Part shown: in pieces, positions 18,077 through 28,423 of the stretch | How the letters are laid out: every line of letters starts with the position of its first letter | Numbering within the stretch: the first letter of the stretch is position 1 | Origin: an uncultured Pseudomonadales bacterium | Lineage (GTDB): Bacteria > Patescibacteriota > Microgenomatia > UBA1400 > PJMF01 | Reading direction: 5' to 3' | Length of the DNA stretch: 64,000 nucleotides | Assembly: GCA_964556485.1 (NCBI GenBank) | Contig: CAZKVV010000003.1 | Span: 56,610 to 120,609 of the forward strand | Made by a program: the position numbers and the translations under genes | The notes under the pieces: model-generated | What the model was told of the DNA's origin: nothing | The model's database searches: none | What the model saw: only the letters and a program-made list of their open reading frames with translations

Positions 18077-21000
18077 CTAGTGATCTTTTTCTGCAAGTTT
18101 TAACAACGTACCCTGTCGTGTCAACGGAAACTTCGTATGTTTATGTCTTTTCAACATCTCTAAGTAAATTTTATGCCTCTTTTCTGTTGGTAAAACTTGA
18201 CTTTTTAGCCATACCTCAAGACTTTTTCCCATGATTTGTTGCGGTGGATCTTCGTGATACACTTTTCGATACCAACTATCTACATATTCATACAGGTTTT
18301 TATTTCTACGTAGTTTTGGTGGTGCAAAGTCATGAGAGCGCTGAGCTTTCACACCTTTAATCCGCACCACATTTCCTTTTTCAATTTTTTCTATTGGGTT
18401 TAATGACAAATTATTAATAACCGCTGTCATTTCTGCTTTATAAGAACTAAGACCTCCGTTTCTCGAATCACTGAGGGCCTCAACCATTGCGTGATATAGT
18501 CTTTCTCTTTCTTTTGGATCATCATAATCGTCGAATGCCTGAGCTAATCGCAAACAGTAATGAGTTAATAATGGTTCCAAAAAGAGTGTTAGATGGTTCC
18601 CCGGGAACATTTTAACTTTTCCTGCGGTTTGTAGCCACTTACCCAACAACCCACCCTTACCGGCCTCTTCATAGTGCTCCATGATTTGCTCAAAGGTTAG
18701 GGGCGCTGGTATGTCCTTGTATGCCATCTCAAGCAATTCGCCAAATCCGTTTTCTTCTGCCAACTGATACAACTCAATTGAGCTAACAGATTCCCTGTTG
18801 CCATCAAATTTTTTGGCTAACTCCAAAGCTCGATTTGCTATGTATTCTGGAGACTGAGTGTAGGCCGTCCATCGCTCTTCTTCAATTTTTGTTTTCCTAT
18901 GATTGGTAATCTCAATCACATCGGCTGATGCCAAACCTTCTTTCGCAAGCGCCTCCTGGTAGCTCTGATTATCTTTTGGATCCAACAAATACCTTCTCCA
19001 AGCCCTCTCTTCTTCTTCTTTATTAATTGGGTCGTTAGCAGCAAGTCTTTCTCGCAAACCCTCTCCAACCATTTTTGTTCTATTGCTGTCAATCATGTGG
19101 TCAAAAAGCCAGAGTGTTTCATCTGGATGAAGTCTTAAAAATGCATCTGTAGCCAGACCAATTGACTCACAATATCCTGCTAGGGGAATTCCATGATTCT
19201 CTTTGTAACCTGATTTTCGCTTTGTTTTTTCATCTCTGTGCGCAGTAAAATTATCAATTTCAAAAAACATTCGTTCATGTCGCCACATTTGTTGTTGTAA
19301 TTTAATCATTGCCTCGTGATCTGGCCAAGTCCAGTCTTCACTTTTTGCTGTTTCTTTTGTAACACCTCTTGCAATCGCCTCTGGCTTGAGAGGTTCCTTC
19401 TTTCCATATTTAAATTTGCTTTTTCTCAAATCTTCATGATAAAAAAGTATCCACATCGACCAATCTTCGTCATTTCCACCATACCTAAACATACGGTGTA
19501 CTGCAGCTGCCAGCGGGTCGGAGAACATAATTCTATCTGGATCTTTAACAGCACCATTATGTCCGCGTGTTTGAGTTGTTTTTTGTAATTCTCTAAGTGA
19601 GAGCGTGAGGTAGTCGAAGTTTGTATAAATAAGTTGTGCAAACTCTAGAGCGCGAGGATCATACCGTTTGCCACCTTCTCCGAAAACCTTATTGATATAC
19701 CTATCTAAAACTGTACGGCCGGTTTCACCAATGAGGAGAAAAAAATTCATTTCACCATCAAACTCATATAGTGGAGTTTCTCCAGGCCTCAAGTCGTTAA
19801 CGAGAATTGAAAGTTCTTTTCCATCTCTAAGAACTACACACTGGTCTGGCCGGAGTGACGCAGTTTTGACTACATGTTCTAATATTTCTGATAATTGAGC
19901 ACCATATTCTGGGTGATAGGTGGTGGCAATCAGCAACTCTCTACGAGTAATAATTCTTTTCTGCATCTCAGCGTACAGTTGCGATCTATCAGTGGAAGCT
20001 TTCTCATTTTCATGCTGATTCTGATTATCCATTGTCTTCAGCTGGACTTTAACTTTATAAACAATTCTGTCGATTTCTGCTTTTGGATCACCCTCAATGT
20101 TTGTATTGGCTTTTTTCATGAATTCATTAATGACTTCACGTTCTCTATTTCCGCCTGTAGGACCTTTCCACTCTTTCCACAAGAATGGGTCCATACGAGA
20201 ATCACCAATTTCATCGGCTAGTTCAGCCAACGACATAGTGCTCACTTCTGGTTTAAGCATTGTTTCAAGAATTCCTCCAGCATCCAACAAGTCTCTAATT
20301 CTGGGAACAAGTTGCTCAATTGCTTGAACAACCGATGCCTTTTTTCCTGAAGGATTCAAAAGCCCTTTCACGGAAGCTTTAGCAACCTCATCTGTCAAAT
20401 CTATTTTGAGTTGCTTAAGTGCTTTTCTTGGTAAATCTTGTCTTTTTGCCGGTACTTGAGCAAGTAATCTTTTAATTTCAATGATAATTGGGTTGCTATT
20501 AAAGTCATTAAGCTCTTTTGCTGCAGCATCTTGTTCTATAAGCTCGTTTAACTCGGCTAGTTTTGCTGTCGCAGCATCGAACAAACTTTGTATGTAGTCG
20601 TTCTTAAGATCTCCAAAGTGGTTTGCTGGAGTAAGCCACTCGTTTGCTTTTTTTTCAGCTGTTGCATCAGCCACCTTTGACTGAAGTGCTGTAATTCTAT
20701 CTTGAGGAGTATCGCCAGGAGTATACGGAGGTGCCGGCGACACTCGAGCTGTTTGAGCAACTAAATCTTGCAACATTGGATATTGATCTAGCGTTGCTTT
20801 CCAAGTTTCAAACAATTTTGTATCAATTTCAACAATACGATCGTTTAATTTCTTGCGCATTTCCTTTGCTGGATTAATGTATAAAATGAGTATTTGCCTG
20901 TTTCTTCTGACACTAACCACAGCATCGTCAGAGCGAGCCAAGGCCTCTCTAATTTCTTCTGCATTATCTATGAGTTGATCTAAATCTGCTGTGAGTGAAC

Positions 21001-21850
21001 CACTATGACCCACCACTTGTCTAGGATCCCAATCTGGGTCTGCTAAATATTGATTAGCCTCGGCAACAAATAAGGCTAGTATTCTTAACTCGTCGGGGTG
21101 AGAGGTGTCAACACTTTGCCAGCTTATTTCTTGAGTTGGTGCCTTATCTTTAAGTTGACCTAAAATAGTTGAAATATTGTGTAATAATCCATTAATTTCT
21201 GCAAGCTGATTAGTAAACTCTAGGTCATAACTTAAATCAAGATCTGACATCTCCATGTAAAAACCAACCCTCAGTGCCTCGAGAGCTTCAGCTGCTGTAA
21301 AATCGGAATCTGCCACAGCACGCTGTACTTCTGTTAAAAATGGGCGGAGTTTTGCTAGTAGTGCCTTTTTTTCAGTAGTAAACGACTCCAATCTTTGTGC
21401 TGTATCTTCTTCAATGTCTTGAACAGGTGCTGCGTCTGCCTGATTTACTACTTCTTCAAGAGGTTGCTCGGGTGTTTGAGATTTAGCCATGCGTTCCTGT
21501 GCAACTCTTCGGGCTCTATCAAGCAAGCCAGCACCACCACTTTTGATTTTATTCAATCTATCATTAAGAGCAGCAAGCCTTCTTTGCGCAACAATTTGGT
21601 CAGATTCTTGTGCAGCCCGAACGATCTCTTCTCTGTTAGTAAGGTAATAATCAGCTTGAGTCCTAGATACATCGCTTAGTTTAAAACCTGATTTAAAAAT
21701 AAAACTTTCTAACGTATTAAGGTGTTCGTTTATTGCACCAACATCACGGTTGGCAATTGAAGCAGTGAGAGCAGCAATTAAGCGATTATACTCACCTTGA
21801 AGAGCAATTTTTTCTTGTTGTGGTCTTGATTCACTATCTGGTCTAGCCAT
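18077..21850 (-). CDS. Large soluble alpha-helical hypothetical protein (~1257 aa)
   Basis: Long ORF. TATAAT 7 nt before ATG 21850 supports that start. No recognisable motif. Confidence 0.75.
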   Translation of the reverse strand: MARPDSESRPQQEKIALQGEYNRLIAALTASIANRDVGAINEHLNTLESFIFKSGFKLSDVSRTQADYYLTNREEIVRAAQESDQIVAQRRLAALNDRLNKIKSGGAGLLDRARRVAQERMAKSQTPEQPLEEVVNQADAAPVQDIEEDTAQRLESFTTEKKALLAKLRPFLTEVQRAVADSDFTAAEALEALRVGFYMEMSDLDLSYDLEFTNQLAEINGLLHNISTILGQLKDKAPTQEISWQSVDTSHPDELRILALFVAEANQYLADPDWDPRQVVGHSGSLTADLDQLIDNAEEIREALARSDDAVVSVRRNRQILILYINPAKEMRKKLNDRIVEIDTKLFETWKATLDQYPMLQDLVAQTARVSPAPPYTPGDTPQDRITALQSKVADATAEKKANEWLTPANHFGDLKNDYIQSLFDAATAKLAELNELIEQDAAAKELNDFNSNPIIIEIKRLLAQVPAKRQDLPRKALKQLKIDLTDEVAKASVKGLLNPSGKKASVVQAIEQLVPRIRDLLDAGGILETMLKPEVSTMSLAELADEIGDSRMDPFLWKEWKGPTGGNREREVINEFMKKANTNIEGDPKAEIDRIVYKVKVQLKTMDNQNQHENEKASTDRSQLYAEMQKRIITRRELLIATTYHPEYGAQLSEILEHVVKTASLRPDQCVVLRDGKELSILVNDLRPGETPLYEFDGEMNFFLLIGETGRTVLDRYINKVFGEGGKRYDPRALEFAQLIYTNFDYLTLSLRELQKTTQTRGHNGAVKDPDRIMFSDPLAAAVHRMFRYGGNDEDWSMWILFYHEDLRKSKFKYGKKEPLKPEAIARGVTKETAKSEDWTWPDHEAMIKLQQQMWRHERMFFEIDNFTAHRDEKTKRKSGYKENHGIPLAGYCESIGLATDAFLRLHPDETLWLFDHMIDSNRTKMVGEGLRERLAANDPINKEEEERAWRRYLLDPKDNQSYQEALAKEGLASADVIEITNHRKTKIEEERWTAYTQSPEYIANRALELAKKFDGNRESVSSIELYQLAEENGFGELLEMAYKDIPAPLTFEQIMEHYEEAGKGGLLGKWLQTAGKVKMFPGNHLTLFLEPLLTHYCLRLAQAFDDYDDPKERERLYHAMVEALSDSRNGGLSSYKAEMTAVINNLSLNPIEKIEKGNVVRIKGVKAQRSHDFAPPKLRRNKNLYEYVDSWYRKVYHEDPPQQIMGKSLEVWLKSQVLPTEKRHKIYLEMLKRHKHTKFPLTRQGTLLKLAEKDH

Positions 21851-21938
21851 GGGTAATATTATATCATTTTTCCTCATAAAACTGTCAAAGAAGATTTACG
21901 ACAACTAATGCCCACCCACTGTCTGGGTACTATCGTAC

Positions 21939-21967
21939 TTGCATTACCTTATTTTTTTCGCTACAGT
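21939..21967 (+). promoter_or_regulatory. Sigma-70 promoter for the riboswitch-like leader
   Basis: TTGCAT-17 bp-TACAGT. Confidence 0.55.
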
Positions 21968-21973
21968 GGTGAA

Positions 21974-22147
21974 ACTTTACGGAATCTGGTGAAAATCCAG
22001 AGCTGTGCCGCAACGGTGACTGTTACAAACAGAAGTCCGATCTGTAAAGAAACTTTGTACAACCAAAGTATACCGACGAGCATCGGGCTTGCGCCCATCG
22101 TACTACTTTCCACACCAGCAAGCCTTGTTGCTCCTCTCAGGAGGAGT
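21974..22147 (+). ncRNA. Cobalamin-riboswitch-like leader
   Basis: GGAAtCTGG-TGAAAAT-CCAG-aGCtgtgccGCaaCGGtga...AAGTCCGA core, closed by CTTTAC/GTAAAG. Downstream hairpin loop CGAGCA is complementary to the L5 region. CTCCTC-tcag-GAGGAG sequesters the SD. Confidence 0.72.
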
Positions 22148-23986
22148 ATGTTGAGCAGACAAGAAAAAAACCCACCTACATCCCAATTTGAACAATGGGA
22201 CGCAACTGATTACATTGCACTAATGGCCAATCCTGCTTTTCGCACGGAGGAAGCATTACGAACTCTTTTTGCAGCCAATTTTTTTGCTTTTGCAGCCGAG
22301 TATACTCGAGGTGAACTCATTTCTAACTTTACAATGAATGTTGATCCTCAAAAAGGCCTGTTGGGAATGTCCTCTTCATACAACGAAGGTATGGAAGGCA
22401 TGGGTGAGCACTTTGAAACTAAAATTGCAGGACAAAAAAAGCAAACTGCTCGAGCAGAGGCGGAAACCAACAATATCGACAAACTAAACGAGTGGTCAAA
22501 AACGGCTCCGGTTGATTCCTTTTTTGTCTGGAATAGTCCGCCAGGAAAGATATCTGAAGGATATGCAGGACTCAATTCGCATTCATTCATTTTTATCTAT
22601 CACAAAACAACTGCAAACACAGTGGTATTGCATCAACTCAGAACCTGGATGTCACTCTCACAACATGCTGAGTTTCAAAATCAGATCTCTTCTCATACCC
22701 AAAACATCTCATCCGCTGTAAATGCAGTAGAACATTCCTATCGCATCATTAATAACATTTCAGTCTTTGAACCCAAAGATGTGGGATGCACTTCCGCAGC
22801 AGAAGTAGTTGCAAAACTAACTGAAAGTGCCTACCAAACAGAGCAAACCTGGAAGACGAAACCACAAGAAATGCCCAAAGTTCCCGATGCTGAATATGCC
22901 CAACTTAGAGACTTTTTACTAAGCCTGTATGTGCGTGTGGTTGTACCCGCTCTTCTTACTGAAGTGCCCGAAACCCAAGATGCAAATAGTACGGAGTGGC
23001 TGGCGTTTATCTCCTCACCAGCATATAAAATGCTCATTCAAAAATTAGATGTTGCTTTCGGCATATTAGCCTATCAACCGCTTACTAAATGGGTGGCAGA
23101 AAAAGACGAAAATAAACAACAATCACTTCTGGGGCAGTTGTTAAGAAAAAAAGATACGTCAATCACCACTCTTTCGTTTGAAGAGATTGAAGAAAAACTA
23201 CTTTCACTCTTTCATTTACAACTACAAAAATCTGCAGGTACACCAATTACTCGAAAACAAATCAAAGAATACAATGCCATCGCTTCATCGCTCATGGCTA
23301 CAACATCAAGAGGATTGAGTTTGGGTCAGTGTGGGCTTGGAACCTTTATACCTACTAGAATGTTCAAAACATTTGGACTACAAGACATAGCTGGCTCAAC
23401 TCTTAACCCAGGAATGCTTCTAGGTTTGCCCTCTCACGAAAAAGCTGCAGCCTTTTCATTCTTAACAACCAAAAAATATCTTCCTCTCCACCTTCCCAAT
23501 GGTGAAACTTGGTATGTTTTAGCCAAACACCATCAACTCTATGCCAATTATTTTGCTCAAAATCCAAATAGTTTCACAGCTGATGGACTGCCCATCGGCC
23601 CTTGCGGCTGGTTACTGCGCGGCGACCCTCGTGGTATGGATGAGCTCGTTTTAACCGGTGGAGAATTTAGTCAATTTGAACTACTCAAAGCGTCGTTACT
23701 CGCCGATTTATTAAGCAATCCTCACGACACACTTTCATTACTCGAATCATCCCTCATGCCTCATATTCACTCCGCTGTACAAAAAGAGAGGCTCACTCAA
23801 GTACTACTCACTTTACATGACGCACTTAAAACAACGGTTTCACTTCAGGAGCTGCTTTTTTCTGATTTTTTTAACAAAACAGCTTTTCCTTTAATAGCTA
23901 GTCTTTCAAAAAAAGTTGATGTTCGCCAATTTGTGACTAATCCAGAGCATACTGCCGCACAAGTTGTTGCTGCTTTTGAGGTATAA
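22148..23986 (+). CDS. Hypothetical protein (~612 aa)
   Basis: SD AGGAGG immediately before ATG 22148. The ORF-track extension back to 21908 overlaps the RNA leader. No recognised family. Confidence 0.7.
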   Translation: MLSRQEKNPPTSQFEQWDATDYIALMANPAFRTEEALRTLFAANFFAFAAEYTRGELISNFTMNVDPQKGLLGMSSSYNEGMEGMGEHFETKIAGQKKQTARAEAETNNIDKLNEWSKTAPVDSFFVWNSPPGKISEGYAGLNSHSFIFIYHKTTANTVVLHQLRTWMSLSQHAEFQNQISSHTQNISSAVNAVEHSYRIINNISVFEPKDVGCTSAAEVVAKLTESAYQTEQTWKTKPQEMPKVPDAEYAQLRDFLLSLYVRVVVPALLTEVPETQDANSTEWLAFISSPAYKMLIQKLDVAFGILAYQPLTKWVAEKDENKQQSLLGQLLRKKDTSITTLSFEEIEEKLLSLFHLQLQKSAGTPITRKQIKEYNAIASSLMATTSRGLSLGQCGLGTFIPTRMFKTFGLQDIAGSTLNPGMLLGLPSHEKAAAFSFLTTKKYLPLHLPNGETWYVLAKHHQLYANYFAQNPNSFTADGLPIGPCGWLLRGDPRGMDELVLTGGEFSQFELLKASLLADLLSNPHDTLSLLESSLMPHIHSAVQKERLTQVLLTLHDALKTTVSLQELLFSDFFNKTAFPLIASLSKKVDVRQFVTNPEHTAAQVVAAFEV

Positions 23987-23994
23987 TTACCCAT

Positions 23995-26900
23995 ATGAGT
24001 GCAGCTGGATTGCCGCCAGAAGATCTTCGTTTCGAGCTTGTCAAACGACTTGATCCTTCTTTGTCCCTCAAAAACAACCGTTCCCAAGTAGAAATAATTT
24101 TCAACCAGCTCAAGTCAGCATTTAAAAGAGGCGAATTAGTTGGGGATTCATTTATTACCGTACAGCTGGCAGATGCTCGAACACGACTATTATCAGTTGT
24201 CTCCAACACCCGTGAGGGTTTGAGCGAAAGTGAGCAAGAAAAATACTTATTTTACTCAGACTTTGCCGCACTACTTCTAGACATCGCTAAACTCTTCAAG
24301 GCAAGTAGTAAAAAACAAGAATTCACCCAATATGCTACAACCGAAAAACAATTAAAAGAATGGGCTCACGAAGCAGGTGCGCCATATGAATCCATTTCTG
24401 AATTTGCTGTGTGGCAACATCGGTATGAACTACAAACACTTCTAGATAAGTTAGCAGCAAGTTTTAAAGATTTTTCAGTTGATGAAGAAGTCGAAACAGA
24501 AGTTGAGGATGAGGAAACAGAAGCTGAAAAAGACGTCGCACAAGAAGATGATGAAAAAAAGCGCAAGCTAATTGCTGAAGCGTTAGAAAAGCAACAAGAA
24601 GATGTGGCAGCGGCTGCAGCGGCCCTATCTAGTGCGGTGGTGCCCACCACTACAGATGGTGGCGCTGCTCTCGCCAGTGCTTCAGCAACTCCCCCTCCAG
24701 TTTCTATAGACCCTAGCAAACCACTTGGCTCGCAACTAACTGCCAAACAACTTAGTCAATACAATGCCAATATTGGTTGGTTAACCAGTTTTACACTACT
24801 CCAAATTGCAGATGAGATGGGTTTGGAGATTTCCACACTTCCACCAGATTTGCGTGGCGAATTAACCGGAATGGTTGCGACCTACCTCACCACTGAGGGC
24901 GACCTCGCCGAGCTGCTAAAAGGTAGTCCTACCGCTCGTCTCAGAGCTATTCGTGGCTTTCAAAAATACTTACAACAAAATAATTTCTATGACAAACATC
25001 AACTCTATCCTTCAGCCACATCTACGCTTGAAGAAAGAACAGACAAGCGGATAAACGAAATTTTAGGCGATACCAACAGCATAATTGACACCAGCATTCG
25101 CAAAACAGTCGAGGATATTGTCCTAGTTCATGGTCAAAAAAGCCAGAAGCTCATTGACTCTTTCGACAATGCAAAAATTGAACTCATTTTTGGACTAGAT
25201 CGATACAAAATTACCATCGAGCAAGCAGATAAACTCAAGGGTGTTCTTAAATCATATGCCGAAGTGAGATTGGATGAACTCGTTTTGCACACTGGTGATG
25301 AAGACACGCTTGAAGGACTGGATCCCGACCAAAATCCAGAATTAAAAGATGTAACAACACTTGTTGATCAAATTAAAGCAGTAAGAACAACTATTCAGCA
25401 AAACACAACCAGTGCAGACAGTGAAAAAGCGGAACTTGGCGCTGGAGCACTCACTTCTAAAGGAGGAGTTTCTAAAAAAATCAAGCTGGCCGTTGAACAA
25501 AATCAGAAAATTTTTGGTCCATATTGGAGTAGTTTGTCTCCCGAGCAGCAGGCTGTTGTGCTCTCAACACTCGATCCGTCATACAAAAATCTGCTTGAAG
25601 TTAGACAGCATCCAGTAGAAGGCTATCCACTACCTCTAACTATTGCTGAATTTAATCCTGATATTCTTCGTCGCTTTGAACTTGAGCAAAGCATGTTGAA
25701 AAACGGTAAAATGAGCCCTGAGGAGTATCAACTCGCTCTGGAAATTGCACAATACAACGATCTAGTTGAGCAACAAGAGGCCGTTGCTGCGCAACTACGT
25801 CAAGAATATTTAGCTCTCACTTCAGCAGAACAACAAGCAGCAATTGCAACCTCACTAGCCCTCGAAAATCTGGCACAAATGCAAGAACAGGCTAGTTTCA
25901 TGGAAATGTGTCAACAAGATGAAGCATTATGTGCTGCGGGTGGTGGTGAATCAGTCGACTCAGAAGCTATCAACGAACCATCTAATGTTGGCGATGGTAG
26001 TCCTGTTGACAACGGTAGAAGCCTGATAAAAAGAAGGCGTGGTAAAAAAGGAGAAGGTGTTTCTCCTAAAGAGAAAAGGATTAAAGCACTTAAAAATGCT
26101 GCTAGCAAAAAAGCTCATGCCGCTGTTAATAGCGGTCTTACAAAAGCGGCTGGAGCAATTCCTGTTGTTGGAACTGCGGCAGCAGCTGTACTCACTGCGC
26201 TCAGCGCTGTAATTGGCAAAGAAAATGCTAACAAGTTGGTAGCTGGAGTAGGTGTTGCCGCAGGCTTAGTTTTTGCTAAAACACTATATGCTTTCACCAC
26301 TATTGGCGGAGCTCTTGGAGGAGCTATTGGCGGAATTGTAGGAAGCATACTTGCCCCAGGAGCAGGAACGCTTATTGGCGCTGTTCTTGGCGCTAATATT
26401 GGCGCCGCCATTGCTCCTGCCTCTTGGATGGGTGTTTTTAGCGGTGGTGGTGGTGGACTATTTAGTTCAACTGTATTTCCAACAGTTGGCTCGGTTGCTT
26501 CAACTGCCACGAACGCAGCGGGTACTGTTGTCTCGGGTGCGTCTAGTGCCGCTAGTACAGTAGCGCAAGCTACACAAGCAACTACTACAGCAGGGTCTGC
26601 CACAACAGCCGCAACCATAAAGGCGACAGGACTCAACGTGATTACTGCAACAACCAGCCTCACTTTCTTGGCGCCTGTGGGAGGAGTAGTTCTAGCAGGA
26701 TCCTTCACGCTCGTTGTTCTTATTGTTATTTTTGCCGCGTTTCTTGTACCAATGCCTTTTTCTTCTTACTCTGGTGGCGCAAATCAAACCGAATCACTCT
26801 ACGCGACAGTAGAAAAAACCTCAAACCCATCATCGCTCAGTAACAATACCCCAACACAAGTTACCTACACTATTTCGATTGCTCCTCGAACTGGGTATCA

Positions 26901-27735
26901 AATTGAAATTAAGGGTGTAACCGACAGTTTTTCAAATGTTGGCGGTACTGGATCTGTCCCCACTTCACCACTAGTTCGTGATAATTTTCCAACAGGAGTT
27001 TTGTCACAGCCAACCACTACTACCTACACCATTGAGCTTTCTGGAGAAGACATACTCGTTAGCAATACCGTCACCTTTGTCATCGACGTTTTCAACCCAA
27101 GTGGAGAGTTAATTAAACAAGGTGAAAGTATTAGCTCAATTGCTTCAGTGCGCATTGGAAATCCACCCATTGGTTGTTTTGAGTTTGCTCCGGCTGGCGA
27201 AAGAATTACCTACACAACTAACGGTCAATCTTACACCAATATTTCTGAAACCATTACTCAAACAGATCAAAACTTGTTTTTGCAATCTTTTACTCGCAGA
27301 GTAGCAACCAATGCAATGTATATATCATTACTCTGTTCTGACGGCCCCATTCTCATTCATAAGTGGCAAGCAAGTCCATCCGGATACTATGCCTGGGTTT
27401 TTGCTCCAAATAAAATTGGGTTTTATGCACCCGCTTGGAGTTCTGGGCGTTGGTTTGAGTACACACTCATACACGAGACGGGTCATATTATTGATGCGCG
27501 CAATGGAGGACTTCGTACGCAATTCTTACAAGTAAAAACAGATGCATCCTGCTATTCATACCCAGCTACCTGCAGTGAGGGTGAATCATTTGCTGAAGGT
27601 ATGGTCCTCTATGTCTTATATCAAACACTCAGTTTTAACTTTAGCAATTGGACTGGCCCGTTCCCTTTTAAATCAGATTACCCCGTTGAATACAACTGGT
27701 ATAAACAAAATATTTTTGGTGGACAGGAGTTTTAA
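23995..27735 (+). CDS. Large membrane-anchored protein: helical N-terminus, glycine-zipper TM region, Ig-like segment, C-terminal zinc metallopeptidase
   Basis: GGALGGAIGGIVG...GAVLGANIG glycine zipper; TLIHETGH (HExxH) with downstream ESFAE, the gluzincin/anthrax-LF-like pattern. Confidence 0.7.
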   Translation: MSAAGLPPEDLRFELVKRLDPSLSLKNNRSQVEIIFNQLKSAFKRGELVGDSFITVQLADARTRLLSVVSNTREGLSESEQEKYLFYSDFAALLLDIAKLFKASSKKQEFTQYATTEKQLKEWAHEAGAPYESISEFAVWQHRYELQTLLDKLAASFKDFSVDEEVETEVEDEETEAEKDVAQEDDEKKRKLIAEALEKQQEDVAAAAAALSSAVVPTTTDGGAALASASATPPPVSIDPSKPLGSQLTAKQLSQYNANIGWLTSFTLLQIADEMGLEISTLPPDLRGELTGMVATYLTTEGDLAELLKGSPTARLRAIRGFQKYLQQNNFYDKHQLYPSATSTLEERTDKRINEILGDTNSIIDTSIRKTVEDIVLVHGQKSQKLIDSFDNAKIELIFGLDRYKITIEQADKLKGVLKSYAEVRLDELVLHTGDEDTLEGLDPDQNPELKDVTTLVDQIKAVRTTIQQNTTSADSEKAELGAGALTSKGGVSKKIKLAVEQNQKIFGPYWSSLSPEQQAVVLSTLDPSYKNLLEVRQHPVEGYPLPLTIAEFNPDILRRFELEQSMLKNGKMSPEEYQLALEIAQYNDLVEQQEAVAAQLRQEYLALTSAEQQAAIATSLALENLAQMQEQASFMEMCQQDEALCAAGGGESVDSEAINEPSNVGDGSPVDNGRSLIKRRRGKKGEGVSPKEKRIKALKNAASKKAHAAVNSGLTKAAGAIPVVGTAAAAVLTALSAVIGKENANKLVAGVGVAAGLVFAKTLYAFTTIGGALGGAIGGIVGSILAPGAGTLIGAVLGANIGAAIAPASWMGVFSGGGGGLFSSTVFPTVGSVASTATNAAGTVVSGASSAASTVAQATQATTTAGSATTAATIKATGLNVITATTSLTFLAPVGGVVLAGSFTLVVLIVIFAAFLVPMPFSSYSGGANQTESLYATVEKTSNPSSLSNNTPTQVTYTISIAPRTGYQIEIKGVTDSFSNVGGTGSVPTSPLVRDNFPTGVLSQPTTTTYTIELSGEDILVSNTVTFVIDVFNPSGELIKQGESISSIASVRIGNPPIGCFEFAPAGERITYTTNGQSYTNISETITQTDQNLFLQSFTRRVATNAMYISLLCSDGPILIHKWQASPSGYYAWVFAPNKIGFYAPAWSSGRWFEYTLIHETGHIIDARNGGLRTQFLQVKTDASCYSYPATCSEGESFAEGMVLYVLYQTLSFNFSNWTGPFPFKSDYPVEYNWYKQNIFGGQEF

Positions 27736-27737
27736 CT

Positions 27738-28358
27738 ATGGAAAGAGGTCGTAAACGAGTTCACGAGTTACATCAAGAAGTCGCACCCAAACAAGCTGAT
27801 TTTGACAGAAAACCAAAAAAGAACTGGGTATTGCCTGCCATTGCGATTTCAGCAGTGCTGTTGTTGATCATCACCTTCATCAGACTATTCACTCCGGAAA
27901 CACAGCCACCACTACAAGAAAACAGTTGGAATGGCGTTACGCCCGGATATTCCTTCACACAAAAAGTTTCTGAGGAACTCGGCGAACCTATTTCGGTAAA
28001 CATGGTTGGAAATGCAAAAGAAGTTAGTTATAAATCTGTATTCCCTTCCAAACCAAATACTATTCTTGTTTCCGATAATGGTATAGTCGAGTTTATTAAG
28101 GAACATGTCACCTACGACTCCAAACATACTGTTGAAAACTACCTCCCTAAACTCGGTCAGCCTGATTTTGTGTTATTCGCCCCAGAAATTAGCATTGGAG
28201 TGCAAGCGCATGTATTTTTATCAAAAGGCGTAGTACTCATTGCTCACAGCAAAGATAATAGTGTCGAACAAAAATGGTATTTTGCGCCAACTAATAAAGA
28301 TTCGTTTATGTTTACTTGGGGAAAAGAACTTTCAGAATCATTTAGTAATCCAGAATAG
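27738..28358 (+). CDS. Single-pass membrane protein of unknown function
   Basis: N-terminal TM; WNGVTPG and two LG.P(D) repeat units; starts 2 nt after the previous gene. Confidence 0.65.
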   Translation: MERGRKRVHELHQEVAPKQADFDRKPKKNWVLPAIAISAVLLLIITFIRLFTPETQPPLQENSWNGVTPGYSFTQKVSEELGEPISVNMVGNAKEVSYKSVFPSKPNTILVSDNGIVEFIKEHVTYDSKHTVENYLPKLGQPDFVLFAPEISIGVQAHVFLSKGVVLIAHSKDNSVEQKWYFAPTNKDSFMFTWGKELSESFSNPE

Positions 28359-28423
28359 CCACATCTAGCATTATATGTGTTGATCCTGCTATTATTAATA
28401 TCTAGTACTCTAAGCGCTGCCCT

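Noticed and set aside
21908-22147. 80-aa N-terminal extension of the 692-aa ORF
   Set aside because: It overlaps a promoter and the riboswitch-like RNA, and a strong SD precedes ATG 22148.
26115-26708. 197-aa antisense ORF and the many other short overlapping ORFs in the track
   Set aside because: They are shadow frames of Ala/Gly-rich or otherwise well-supported genes, with no motifs or start signals.
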